Assembly (NCBI GenBank): GCA_963760785.1
Contig: CAVXEL010000001.1
Coordinates: 219,866 to 283,865 of the forward strand
Direction of reading: 5' to 3'
DNA from: an uncultured Solirubrobacteraceae bacterium
Lineage (GTDB): Bacteria; Actinomycetota; Thermoleophilia; Solirubrobacterales; Solirubrobacteraceae
DNA: 64,000 nt
Both the position numbers and the translations under genes were made by a program. Below are positions 30,954-40,206 of this stretch, piece after piece; the stretch's first letter is position 1, and each line of letters begins with the position of its first letter. A model generated the notes under the pieces. That model saw only the letters and a program-made list of their open reading frames with translations. It ran no database searches and had not been told where the DNA came from.

Positions 30954-32918
30954 CTACGGCTCGGATCGTGGAGGGTGCCCTCGCAGATAGAAGCGAAGCA
31001 GGACCAGGGCGAGCGTGACGAGCGCGACAGCGATCGAGATCCAGCCGGCCAGGTGCCCTGACTCGGTGGCGAAGACCTGAACGATGCCTACGCCGATGAT
31101 GCCCACCGCGAGGAGTCCCGCGATCCACTGCAGCATCTCGAGATCCCTGTTCTGTTCGGTGCGGATGACGATGTCCGCGTATTGAGAGAGTCGGTCGAGC
31201 CGGTCGCGAGCTCGCCGGTAGACGTTTGCGATCCCCAGTTGCGCGCGGAGCCGTTCATAGAGGTGACCGTATTCGGGCCAGGCCACGTTGAGGTCGAACA
31301 TCTCCTCCATCTCCAGGGTGAGGCGGTGCGAGGTCTCGGCAAGGCTGACGACGTCGCTCTGGCCGCTTCGCTCCGACTCGAGGCCGAGGGCTCCCACCAT
31401 CGCGCGAAGGCTCGTGACGCCCACGAGCGCGTGACTCATCCAGCTGAACAGGTAAAGCGCCGAGACACCAGGGAAGTGCTCGCTCTCGGTGTGATACGCG
31501 GTGACGACACACTGCAGCTGGGCGATGCGCCATATGAGCGCACTTGGCATACCGCACTCCATGTCGTCGACGCGATCGACGCTCGTGACGGGCAATGTGC
31601 TGTCGGACACCAGGCCGCGCAGCAAAGCCTGTAGCTTCTCCGGGACACCGCTGTCGACGCGCCCGACGCCAAGGCAGTCCTTCTTGCGGGGTGGCCACCA
31701 CACCCCGTCGACCACCTGGGAGGTTCCGGCCTCGAATGGCTGGAGATCGTCGCTGAGGACGAGCGTCGACCAGGCGGTGGACATGCGGATCGCCTTGAGG
31801 ATTTCGTCGGCGAGCGCGGAGCCACGAGGGCCGCCCTCCGCTCTGCCGAGGCAGCCCTGCGAGGCGAACATCGCCTCGCACGAGGCCGTGTACAGCAGCT
31901 CCACCCATTGTCTCATCGTGCCCGCCGGCGGGGCGCCGGCGAGGGCGCTGGCAGCCAGCGACTTCGAGACGGGCCAGGCATCGTGCATCCCCAACGAGTT
32001 CAGGTAATCGCACATCGGACCGCCGATCAGCTCGAACTGGTCATCGGCGTGTTCCGGAACATGCGTGCTGGCCCCGCCGAGCGACGTGATGAGCTGGTTG
32101 ATCTCACTCACGGACAGCTTCCGCGGGCCTTCGGCTCCGTCCGCGCCGATCGCCACGGGGACGAAGACGATGCTGAAGGAGATCGTGCGCCGGAACTCAG
32201 CTTCGAACGGGCGCCTGACTCGGGTGACGAACGGCAGCATCACCAGGCCGTTCTCCGCCTCGCCGCGCGGGCGCACCACCCCAGGGGCCAGCCACAGGTT
32301 GTAGATCCGGTCGCTCAGGTGACTTGCGAAGATGCGGGTGCGGCGCTGAGCGTAGAGCTTTGCGACGAATCGCCGCAGTTCGAGGAGCCGCTGCTCGTCC
32401 GCTCCATCTCTCAGCCGGGGCGCGGACTCCGTGTCTGTGTCAATGGGCTCTCCCTCCGGGCTCGCGTCCGGCAGCGCGCGGAGCGAGACGAGGTAGTCAT
32501 TGCAGTCAGGGTCTGCGCCCGGCTCGATCCGCAAGCCGTCGGGAGTCGCCGGTCGCTGGGCGCGGAGAAACGACCTCCACGGGGCCGGTACTGCCACTCG
32601 TCGATCCCAATTCAGCAGAGCGGGTATCCCCGGGTCACCCTCCGCGGACTCGAACTCCTCGCCAAGAGCGAGCGCGGCATGGCGGGACATCTGGCCGAGC
32701 CACGTGTGCGACGGCTGCGCCTCCGTCAGATCGCATCGCTGAAGTTCAAAGCTGTCCGCGTCCGGGACGAGATTGCTCGCGAATTCCCGCTCGAGTCGCT
32801 CGATGTAGTCGGTCGTCAGAACCTTGAAGCGGCTGTGCCGGCGCTGCCCGTCCCGATCCACGTCGCGAAACGGGGGCGGCGTGAGAGCCGAGCTCATCTG
32901 GATCAGGCAGTCGAACAC
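30954..32918 (-). CDS. Large hypothetical protein with C-terminal helical stalk and two TM helices (CorA-like architecture)
   Basis: 654-aa ORF with GGGAG upstream of GTG; YGHLYERLRAQLGIANVYRRARDRLDRL then two hydrophobic helices; no GMN motif. Confidence 0.75.
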   Translation of the reverse strand: MFDCLIQMSSALTPPPFRDVDRDGQRRHSRFKVLTTDYIERLEREFASNLVPDADSFELQRCDLTEAQPSHTWLGQMSRHAALALGEEFESAEGDPGIPALLNWDRRVAVPAPWRSFLRAQRPATPDGLRIEPGADPDCNDYLVSLRALPDASPEGEPIDTDTESAPRLRDGADEQRLLELRRFVAKLYAQRRTRIFASHLSDRIYNLWLAPGVVRPRGEAENGLVMLPFVTRVRRPFEAEFRRTISFSIVFVPVAIGADGAEGPRKLSVSEINQLITSLGGASTHVPEHADDQFELIGGPMCDYLNSLGMHDAWPVSKSLAASALAGAPPAGTMRQWVELLYTASCEAMFASQGCLGRAEGGPRGSALADEILKAIRMSTAWSTLVLSDDLQPFEAGTSQVVDGVWWPPRKKDCLGVGRVDSGVPEKLQALLRGLVSDSTLPVTSVDRVDDMECGMPSALIWRIAQLQCVVTAYHTESEHFPGVSALYLFSWMSHALVGVTSLRAMVGALGLESERSGQSDVVSLAETSHRLTLEMEEMFDLNVAWPEYGHLYERLRAQLGIANVYRRARDRLDRLSQYADIVIRTEQNRDLEMLQWIAGLLAVGIIGVGIVQVFATESGHLAGWISIAVALVTLALVLLRFYLRGHPPRSEP

Positions 32919-33008
32919 TCGCGCGCTCCCGATGGGATTGGATCCAGTATCTGGAATGGCATCTGGTCGTGGGGGCCCGTTGGGTCGCGCCGATGCGTCG
33001 CGTATCCG

Positions 33009-34082
33009 CTAATGCGCCGCCGCGCCGGCGTCGCCACCCGCCGCGGCTCCCGCGGTGCCGCTGCTCCCTGGGCCGAAGCCGGGGGGCACCTTCCCGAACG
33101 TGTTTTCCGGTGCGGGCTGCTGAGCGAAGAAGCCCTCTGCGGCGTCGAAGCCCGAGTTGTAGAGCTCTTCCTTTTCGGTCTTGGTGAGGTTGAAGTTCAG
33201 CGTCGAGACCGCGCCGGTGGGGATCGGGATGACGCGGCCGGGGAACCGGTGCAGCTCGAACTTGTCGAGTGCGTTCATCGCGGTGTCAAGGACCGCCTCG
33301 AGCATCTCGAGCGACCAGGTGGGGCCGCCGATCTTGTGTTCGGCGGGCTGAGTCTCGCTCGCGTCGCGTCCCCCGTGGAGGTGAAAACCCCAGGTCGGGT
33401 GCTGCGGCTCGGGCTTGTCGAAGACGTAGAGCGGCAGGCTGGAGCCCACGCCACCGTCGACGAAGACGGCCTCTCTGCCGGTCTGCCTGTCCCACATCCC
33501 GCCGATCGGCGGGAAGAAGTAGGGGTAGCCGGCGCTGATCCGGACGGCCTTGGCGACAGGGAAGGCCGCGGGCTCGAGTGGCTCGTCCTGATCGTCCCGG
33601 TAGAGGGCCACTTCGTCGGGGAACGTCACGATCCGTCCGTGGGCGAGGTCCGTGCCGACCACGATCAGCCTCCTGCCGGTCGCGGCTTCCAACTGGCCGA
33701 AGGTGGCGTCCTCCGCCACGTCGTCGGACTCCCGCAGCAGCGTCTGGATCCATTCGGTCAATGCGTCGCCGCGCACCAGCGAGCGGTGCAGGAGCAGGTT
33801 CTCGATCTCACCGACCAGTGGGATCCTTGTCCCGTAGTCGGCGATGCGGCCGAAGTCGAACGCCTCCAGCGACGCGTTGAGGGTCTCGGCGTTGTAACCC
33901 GCGGCCAGAGCCATGGCGGTGATCGCGCCGGCCGAGGTTCCGGCCAGCTCGTGCCAGCGGTCATAGCCCGCTTCCTCGGTGGCCTTGAGCGCTCCGGCGA
34001 ACGCCAGGCCCTTGATCCCTCCACCGGAGAACACGCCGTCCGCCGTACTCCCCGTCTCGCGTGCGCTGCCAGTGGCGTCCAT
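33009..34082 (-). CDS. Patatin-like phospholipase
   Basis: GGGIKG, GTSAG (catalytic Ser), SAGYPYFFPP, VDGG (Asp); GGAGGA RBS before ATG 34082. Confidence 0.93.
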   Translation of the reverse strand: MDATGSARETGSTADGVFSGGGIKGLAFAGALKATEEAGYDRWHELAGTSAGAITAMALAAGYNAETLNASLEAFDFGRIADYGTRIPLVGEIENLLLHRSLVRGDALTEWIQTLLRESDDVAEDATFGQLEAATGRRLIVVGTDLAHGRIVTFPDEVALYRDDQDEPLEPAAFPVAKAVRISAGYPYFFPPIGGMWDRQTGREAVFVDGGVGSSLPLYVFDKPEPQHPTWGFHLHGGRDASETQPAEHKIGGPTWSLEMLEAVLDTAMNALDKFELHRFPGRVIPIPTGAVSTLNFNLTKTEKEELYNSGFDAAEGFFAQQPAPENTFGKVPPGFGPGSSGTAGAAAGGDAGAAAH

Positions 34083-34339
34083 CGGCGTCCTCCTCGTCCA
34101 GACATCGCTCGGCGCCCCGCAAGCCCATCCGAGGCATTTCGAGCCTAACCCCGGTCCGTATGTTCGAACAGCCAATTCTGGACGTATGGACACCTGGCCG
34201 GCCTCACCGGATCGGCGACCTCCCCCGCGACGGCGCCGCAGGACTCTCAGCAAGCTCCAACACAACGACAAGCCTCGCCTGAGGCCGGCGGAGCACCCTG
34301 CACGTACGCAGTGGAAAGCAACCGGAAAGGAACGAACAG

Positions 34340-34525
34340 ATGTCCCTCTCGCTGGCAATCGCCATCAATGCAGTCGCCGACATCCTCCTGCTGGGCGGCC
34401 TGGCCTGGACCATGTCCCGCGCCGCCAAGCTCACGCCCCACGTCTCCGCAGCAGACCAGCAGCTCGCGGTCGTGCACCGGCTGCGCCCCGAGCAGACCAA
34501 GGAGTGCCACGAGCGGGCCGCCTAG
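34340..34525 (+). CDS. Small hypothetical membrane protein (61 aa)
   Basis: GAAAGGA RBS; N-terminal hydrophobic helix; host-like codons. Confidence 0.65.
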   Translation: MSLSLAIAINAVADILLLGGLAWTMSRAAKLTPHVSAADQQLAVVHRLRPEQTKECHERAA

Positions 34526-34546
34526 TGCGGCCGGCTCGCGGCCGCT

Positions 34547-35188
34547 CTAGATCCAGCCGAGCAGCGGCCCGAAGACGAGGCCGGCAGCCAGGTCCAGCGC
34601 GGCCAGGGAGCCGACGACTGCGATCTGGCGCCGGCGATCGTCCATGTCGTAGACCCAGAAGCAGACGACGTAGAAGGTCAGGTAGCCGAACACCACGATC
34701 ACGGGGAAGCTGGCCACGTTCCACCACCAGTAGTACCAGTGGAAGACCCCGTCGGCGTGGAGCAGCAGCTCGACGCCGACCGACACCAGCGACAGCCCTA
34801 TGGCGAGCGCCCAACGGTTGGGCAGGCCGAGGATGCGCACGGAGCGGTCCCGAGGAAGAAGCTTCGTGAAGATCACGCCGTTGATGGCGAAGAACAGGGA
34901 GATCTCGATGGTGAGCCCGATCAGGATCACGTAGCTGCTGCGCCCGGTGACGGTCCACAGGGCGGCGTGGCCGTTGAAGTGCAGGACCAGCGCGTTGATC
35001 AGCTCGTTGGCCCAGTCCATCAGCCAGAAGGCCAGGCCGGCCAGGATCGCGCTCCAGTTGGCCCGCTCGACCTCGACCGCGTAGACGTAGACGACCAGCG
35101 CCAGCAGCGTGACGGTCGACCAGTCGAACATGCCCGGGCGTCGCAGCAGGTGCTGCGCTTCGGCGGTGAAGGTGGTGACGAGCGCCAC
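34547..35188 (-). CDS. Hypothetical multi-pass membrane protein
   Basis: C-terminal ~214 codons of the listed ORF; about six TM helices; FWLMDWANELINAL. Confidence 0.78.
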   Translation of the reverse strand: MALVTTFTAEAQHLLRRPGMFDWSTVTLLALVVYVYAVEVERANWSAILAGLAFWLMDWANELINALVLHFNGHAALWTVTGRSSYVILIGLTIEISLFFAINGVIFTKLLPRDRSVRILGLPNRWALAIGLSLVSVGVELLLHADGVFHWYYWWWNVASFPVIVVFGYLTFYVVCFWVYDMDDRRRQIAVVGSLAALDLAAGLVFGPLLGWI

Positions 35189-35208
35189 GCCAGGTCGGCT
35201 CGCGCCGG

Positions 35209-36456
35209 CTAGGCGCCGACGCTCGCCAGGTCCGCGTCGGCGTCGCCCAGCGCGGCGCGGGCGGAGTCGTCGAGTGCCTGCCCGCTCGTGATCAGCCGGC
35301 GGGCGACATCGAGATCGTCCGAGCGGCCGACCGTGAGGGCGCCCTTGACGCTCCGGTCCTTCAGATAGAACGTCGTGAAGCTCGCTTCCGCCTCGGAGCC
35401 CCTGGTGATCTCCTCGTCCCAGCTGTAGGCGGGACCGACGTACTCGAGTTCGGCCCAGTCGCCCAACACGGAGTAGAAGTACGGAACCGTCTCGTGGGGC
35501 ACATCCTTGCCCAGCATGTTCAGGGCCGCTGTCCTGCCGTGGTTGAAGGCGACGTCCCAGTGCTCGATCCGCACCGGCTGCAGGCCGTGGACGGGCGAGT
35601 CGTACTCGCAGATGTCCCCCGCGGCGAAGATCCCGGGCACGGAGCTCTCCAGGCGCGAGCTGCACCGCACCCCGCCGCGCTCGCCGATGACCAGGTCCGC
35701 CTTGGCGGCCAGGGCGACGTCGGGCGTGACGCCGGCGCCGACGACGACCGCATCGGCCTCCAGCTCGAGCCCCGAGCGCGTGATGACCTTGCTGACACGC
35801 TCGTCGCCCTCGAAGCGCTCCAGCTCGTCCTGACCGTGGAGCGTCACGCCGTGCTCGGCCAGCAGGCGCTGGAAGAAGCTCGCCGAGTGCTTGCCGAAGT
35901 TCCGTTCCAGGGCCAGTTCCTCCTGCATGACAAGCGTGCAGCGCTTGCCCAGCATCGTCAGCGAGGCGGCCACCTCGCAGGCGATGAAGGAGCCGCCGAT
36001 CAGCACGACCCGCTCCGCGTCGGCCACCCCCTCGCGGATCGCGTCGGCGTTTCCCAGCGTGCGGAGGTAGTGGATCTGATCCAGCTGACAGCCCTCGACG
36101 TTCAGCCTCCTGACGTTCGCGCCGGTGGCGAGCAGGGCCTTGCCGAAGCCGATCTCCTGCTTGTTCGAGAGCTTCGCAGTGCGGGCAGCGGCATCGAAGC
36201 TCGTCACGCTCGTGCGGGTCAGAAGCTCGATGTCCTGCTCCTCCCAGAAGGAGTCCGGCCGAAAGTACGTGTCCTCGCGGCTCTCCTCGGCACGCAGATA
36301 CCCCTTGGAGCACTCGGGACGGTTGTACGGCGGGTCGGGCTCCCGGCCCACCAGCAGGATCGAGCCCTCGCCGCCTTCCTCGCGCAGCCAGCGGGCGCAG
36401 TTGGCGGAGGCGAGGCCACCCCCGATCAGCAGGTAGTCGACCTGGCGGTCAGGCAT
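35209..36456 (-). CDS. FAD-dependent ferredoxin/putidaredoxin reductase-family oxidoreductase
   Basis: IGGGLASA, PYNRPECSKGYL, LATGA, IGGSFIACE, FAAGDI, RIEHW. Confidence 0.92.
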   Translation of the reverse strand: MPDRQVDYLLIGGGLASANCARWLREEGGEGSILLVGREPDPPYNRPECSKGYLRAEESREDTYFRPDSFWEEQDIELLTRTSVTSFDAAARTAKLSNKQEIGFGKALLATGANVRRLNVEGCQLDQIHYLRTLGNADAIREGVADAERVVLIGGSFIACEVAASLTMLGKRCTLVMQEELALERNFGKHSASFFQRLLAEHGVTLHGQDELERFEGDERVSKVITRSGLELEADAVVVGAGVTPDVALAAKADLVIGERGGVRCSSRLESSVPGIFAAGDICEYDSPVHGLQPVRIEHWDVAFNHGRTAALNMLGKDVPHETVPYFYSVLGDWAELEYVGPAYSWDEEITRGSEAEASFTTFYLKDRSVKGALTVGRSDDLDVARRLITSGQALDDSARAALGDADADLASVGA

Positions 36457-36467
36457 CGACGGAGACA

Positions 36468-37610
36468 CTACAGGCCGGGCGGGTGGCGGATCGACCAGCG
36501 GGCCCAGGCGGGGATGCGGGGGAAGATTCGCCAGCGCGGACCATCCTGGTCGCGGTTGGGACCGACGTCGGTGCCGTCGCGGCTCGTGTCCAGGCGCAGT
36601 CCGGCGATCACGACGAACACGTGCGGCGTGGGCGCGAAGGTCGCGTAGATCGTGACCCAGCGGCCCGGCCCCGGCGCGCCCCAACGCGTGTAGTCCTGCG
36701 CGAGCGGGTTGTCCCTGACGATTTCGGCCAGGGTCCTCACACCGGCCCTGTAGAGGACGTAGTTGACCGTGCTCGAGCAATCCTCTTCCGAAGCTCCAAG
36801 TGGATTGGGATGCCCGCCCGGGCCATAAGGGAGATCCTGAAGCTCGTTGCCGGCGATCAGCATCGCCTGAACTGTGGCGGGGACGTCTCGCGGGATCAGC
36901 GCGACGTGGCCGTCGTCCCGCTCCAGCCGGGCACGCTCGCCTTCGATCGGCAGCACCGGCGTCGCACTTCGGGACTGGAGCCCGGCCATCGAACCTGTCG
37001 GAGGTCCCGGGCTTCCGCGCGCGGCAGATGCGGGTTGGGCCCTGTACCTCGCCGCCCACCGCTCGACCTCGGCGACATACCAGGCCGCGTGGTTGTAGGC
37101 CAGGAGCGCGCTGCGATAGTCACGCGGCGCGCCGCAAGCGCGGAGGTAGTTGGCCGCGCTGAAGATCGCATCGGCAGGATCCCACCGGCTGCGACGCCCG
37201 GTCCCGTCGGCGTCGACCCCGTAGAGGCTGAAGGTCGCCGCGAGGAACTGCATCGGTCCGCCCGCTCCAGCGGCGTTGACCGCGCCCGGCCGGGAGCACG
37301 ACGGGTCCGGGTCGCGACCGTGGTCGCACTCCACCTTCCCGATTCCGGCCAGGATCGACCAGTCCAGGCCGTAGCGTCGCGCCGCATCCTCGTAGAGCCG
37401 CAGGTAGGCGACGGGTATGTCTGTGCGTGCCAGAGCCGAAACCCTCGCGCCGGCGGCCGAAGAGACCGGCAGCCCGCCGGGTGGCACAGCGCCGGTCAGA
37501 ACGGCCAGAACAGCCAGCGATGCGAAGACGCCCGCCACGACAGCTGCGCCGCCAACCGCCACCGCTCCGGCGAGGCGCCCACCGGAGGCCGTCTGCGCGC
37601 GAGGGCCCAT
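36468..37610 (-). CDS. Cell-wall hydrolase: lytic transglycosylase plus NlpC/P60-like domain (VirB1 role)
   Basis: TM anchor; WSILAGIGKVE, GPMQFL, YNHAAWYV; then YGPGGH, DCSSTV, HVFVVIAG. Confidence 0.85.
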   Translation of the reverse strand: MGPRAQTASGGRLAGAVAVGGAAVVAGVFASLAVLAVLTGAVPPGGLPVSSAAGARVSALARTDIPVAYLRLYEDAARRYGLDWSILAGIGKVECDHGRDPDPSCSRPGAVNAAGAGGPMQFLAATFSLYGVDADGTGRRSRWDPADAIFSAANYLRACGAPRDYRSALLAYNHAAWYVAEVERWAARYRAQPASAARGSPGPPTGSMAGLQSRSATPVLPIEGERARLERDDGHVALIPRDVPATVQAMLIAGNELQDLPYGPGGHPNPLGASEEDCSSTVNYVLYRAGVRTLAEIVRDNPLAQDYTRWGAPGPGRWVTIYATFAPTPHVFVVIAGLRLDTSRDGTDVGPNRDQDGPRWRIFPRIPAWARWSIRHPPGL

Positions 37611-37659
37611 CAACGCGACAGGCGCCTGCCGGTGCTCGCTTCTCGGCGTGCCGCCTCGC

Positions 37660-40206
37660 TCACGGCCTACCGATCCCCAGCTGTCGTTTTCGACCCGCTG
37701 CGACCTCCCGCGCGTCGCGCATGACGCTCGATTCCGGCGGTTCCGCGCTCCCGCTCCCGCCAGCGGACCCCGGTGCGCCGCCAGCACGACGCGTCGGCTG
37801 GATGGGCGCCCGCGCGAGCGGCTCGTCACCGCGGCCCGGCCGCCCGGGCACGTCGAGCACCGGCTCCGGCTCTCCACGCCGCGACACGGCTCCCCGCCGT
37901 ATGGCCAGCTCGCGGTCGATCTCCACGCGCGCGGCGCGCTGCGGGCCAGGGCCCAACCGCTCGTACTCGCCCAGCCGGTAGCCGGCGAGCTCGGCCAACG
38001 CCGGATAGTCACGACCTGGCTCCCCCGCGCGCACAAGTCGCGCGGGCGGGAGCCGGGCCTGCTCCTCGATGAACGACGATTGCCTGATCCGATCCGCAAC
38101 GACCGCTCCTGCCGTGTTCGGCCCCGGCAGTCCTCCGACCTCCCGGTCGACTGCACGCCGGTCCGCTTGGATCTCGTCCTCGACCAGTTGCCGTCGGACC
38201 GCGAGCACCGCTGCGCGCCTGCGGTCGCCCGAGCCGACCGCCCCGGCCTCGGCCTGCTCGATCCGCGCGAGCTGGCCTTCCCGCTGTGTCAGTCGCTCGC
38301 GCAGCTGACGCAGCCGCTCAGACTGGCCGCCACCGTCCCGACGCTGCACCCGCCCGGCCGGACCCCTGATCGGACCGCGCCGGCTCAGGGGCATCCCTGA
38401 GCCGGACGGGAGCTGGCGCGTCTCGGGAGCCCGCTGCTTGAGCCTTTCGGCTTCTTGGGCACGCTTCTTCTGTCGACGGCGCTCACGAACCGACCGGACC
38501 CTTTGAACCCCGTCGTCCACCCGCCGGACGGCGCTTCGCCGCACCGCCCGCTGCGGAGCGGCGTCGGGCCGTCGTGCGGCCTGCACCAACTGGTCACGCC
38601 TCGTGAAGGTCCCCCACCAGAACGCCGAGAGCAGCAGCCACCGCGCCCACCAGCCCAACGCGGTGAGGCCCTCGAGGACGACCATCACCGAGAGCACGAC
38701 GCCGAGCAGGAAGGCGAAGATGAGCTTCGAGATGACGGCGGCGAACAGGCGCCCCGCCCAACCGCGAAACACTGAACGGCCGTGTGCTCCCAGCGCTGGC
38801 GCCAGCACGATCCCGGGCGCCAGCAGGAGGTAGAACAGGCTCAGAATCGCGGCCATCAAGAGGCGCAATGCGATGTAGCCGATCAGCAGCATCATCCCGG
38901 CCAGACCGCCTGCGATCAGGAGCAGGCCCCCCACCCGCGGCCAGGTGCCGCCGCCGGTGCGGAACTCGGCCTGCGCCGCTGTCGCTCCCCGACAGCTCGT
39001 TGCTTCGGCCGATTGACAGAGCACTCGAAGCAGCGAGCTCGTTTCGTTGATGGAGTTGCGGGCCGGCCCGTTGGCGGGCAGGGCCAGGAAGAGCGCTCCG
39101 TTGGTGCGCGCTTCTCGGAGCAGCCGCGCGCTGGCCGTCAGAGACTGAGCCGAAGCGGCGCCGGTGCCTTCGCGAGCGCAGCCGGCCGACGAGCCGCATC
39201 CGGACCGCGCAACTTGCTGTTGGGCGATCTTCAGCCCAGCGGTCCGAAGTCTGGGGTCGAGGCGCTCAGGTGCCCGACACCAGTCAACGTCGCCGAACTC
39301 CAGATAGCACCAGGGACCTTCGATCGTGGTGGCGAACAGCCCGCTCATGCTCGACCCGAGCGCCTCCCCAGGAGTGGCCGGGCTGCCCCGGACCGTCACG
39401 GCGAGCGTCCCAAGCCCGGCCTCGTCGCTCCACTGGCTCAAGGTCCCGACGGTCGCCGCCGGGTCGAGGATCAGCCATAGTCCGCCCCCGATCATCGCCC
39501 CCATCAACAGGACCTCGCCGAGGGTGTCCGCCACACGTCGGCGCACGAGCCCGTGGTAGGCCGCGAGCACCGCCGCCACCGACAGCGTGAGCGCCAGCCA
39601 CGGTGCAGTCAACGCTTTCTCCAGGCGCGCCAGCCCTGACGACGCCGCACTCCCCGGGCCCCCTTCCAGGAGGTCAATCGAGAAGCTCCACTCGAGCATC
39701 ACGATCAGCGCATGCACCGCCCACACGAGCGCCAGCCACAGCGGCGTCACGAACAGGTCCTGGACGATGCTCTGCAACAGGCCAGAGCTGATGCCGAACA
39801 AGCCGGTATCGATGTGGACGTCGATCCCGTAACCGCCCGTGGGTGCGGCGGACGCGACGAAGCCCGACGTTTCGCAGTCGCGGCGAGACGTCCTGGCGAG
39901 TTCGCTCAGGAGCATCGAGCTGCAGCTCGGACTCCCCAGCCCGTTCCCCACGAGCGGATCCGCTTCGGGCTGCGAGCCGCTGGGTTCTTCCGCGCCGCGT
40001 TCGGCTTCGCCCTCGCCGCCCGGGCCCAGCAGTGGAGGCCCGCTGGGCGCGCGAGGGGATTCGGGCGCAGCCGTGCCCTGCGCCGGGGGAGCGTCGGCTC
40101 GCGCCGGATGTGTGAGGGCGAGAGCGCTGCTCGGGCCCCAGCCCATGAACGCGAGAACGAAGAGTGTCGTGGTCAGCGACCTCGACAACCGCGGCACGCC
40201 TCTCAC
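37660..40206 (-). CDS. Polytopic membrane protein, VirB6/TcpH-like T4SS channel component
   Basis: Multiple TM blocks, EGPWCYLEFG, charged coiled C-terminal tail; located between VirB4 and the hydrolase. Confidence 0.7.
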   Translation of the reverse strand: MRGVPRLSRSLTTTLFVLAFMGWGPSSALALTHPARADAPPAQGTAAPESPRAPSGPPLLGPGGEGEAERGAEEPSGSQPEADPLVGNGLGSPSCSSMLLSELARTSRRDCETSGFVASAAPTGGYGIDVHIDTGLFGISSGLLQSIVQDLFVTPLWLALVWAVHALIVMLEWSFSIDLLEGGPGSAASSGLARLEKALTAPWLALTLSVAAVLAAYHGLVRRRVADTLGEVLLMGAMIGGGLWLILDPAATVGTLSQWSDEAGLGTLAVTVRGSPATPGEALGSSMSGLFATTIEGPWCYLEFGDVDWCRAPERLDPRLRTAGLKIAQQQVARSGCGSSAGCAREGTGAASAQSLTASARLLREARTNGALFLALPANGPARNSINETSSLLRVLCQSAEATSCRGATAAQAEFRTGGGTWPRVGGLLLIAGGLAGMMLLIGYIALRLLMAAILSLFYLLLAPGIVLAPALGAHGRSVFRGWAGRLFAAVISKLIFAFLLGVVLSVMVVLEGLTALGWWARWLLLSAFWWGTFTRRDQLVQAARRPDAAPQRAVRRSAVRRVDDGVQRVRSVRERRRQKKRAQEAERLKQRAPETRQLPSGSGMPLSRRGPIRGPAGRVQRRDGGGQSERLRQLRERLTQREGQLARIEQAEAGAVGSGDRRRAAVLAVRRQLVEDEIQADRRAVDREVGGLPGPNTAGAVVADRIRQSSFIEEQARLPPARLVRAGEPGRDYPALAELAGYRLGEYERLGPGPQRAARVEIDRELAIRRGAVSRRGEPEPVLDVPGRPGRGDEPLARAPIQPTRRAGGAPGSAGGSGSAEPPESSVMRDAREVAAGRKRQLGIGRP

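Noticed and set aside
30954-34082. CBASS or type III CRISPR assignment for the patatin/CorA-like pair
   Set aside because: No CD-NTase, Cap2/Cap3, cas gene or array recognised in the window.
34155-34170. LexA (SOS) box
   Set aside because: Only one GTTCGA half-site fits TCGAAC-N4-GTTCGA.
34230-34330. Glycine riboswitch (actctcag motif)
   Set aside because: The GGAGA and CCGAAG blocks are missing and the downstream gene is not glycine-related.
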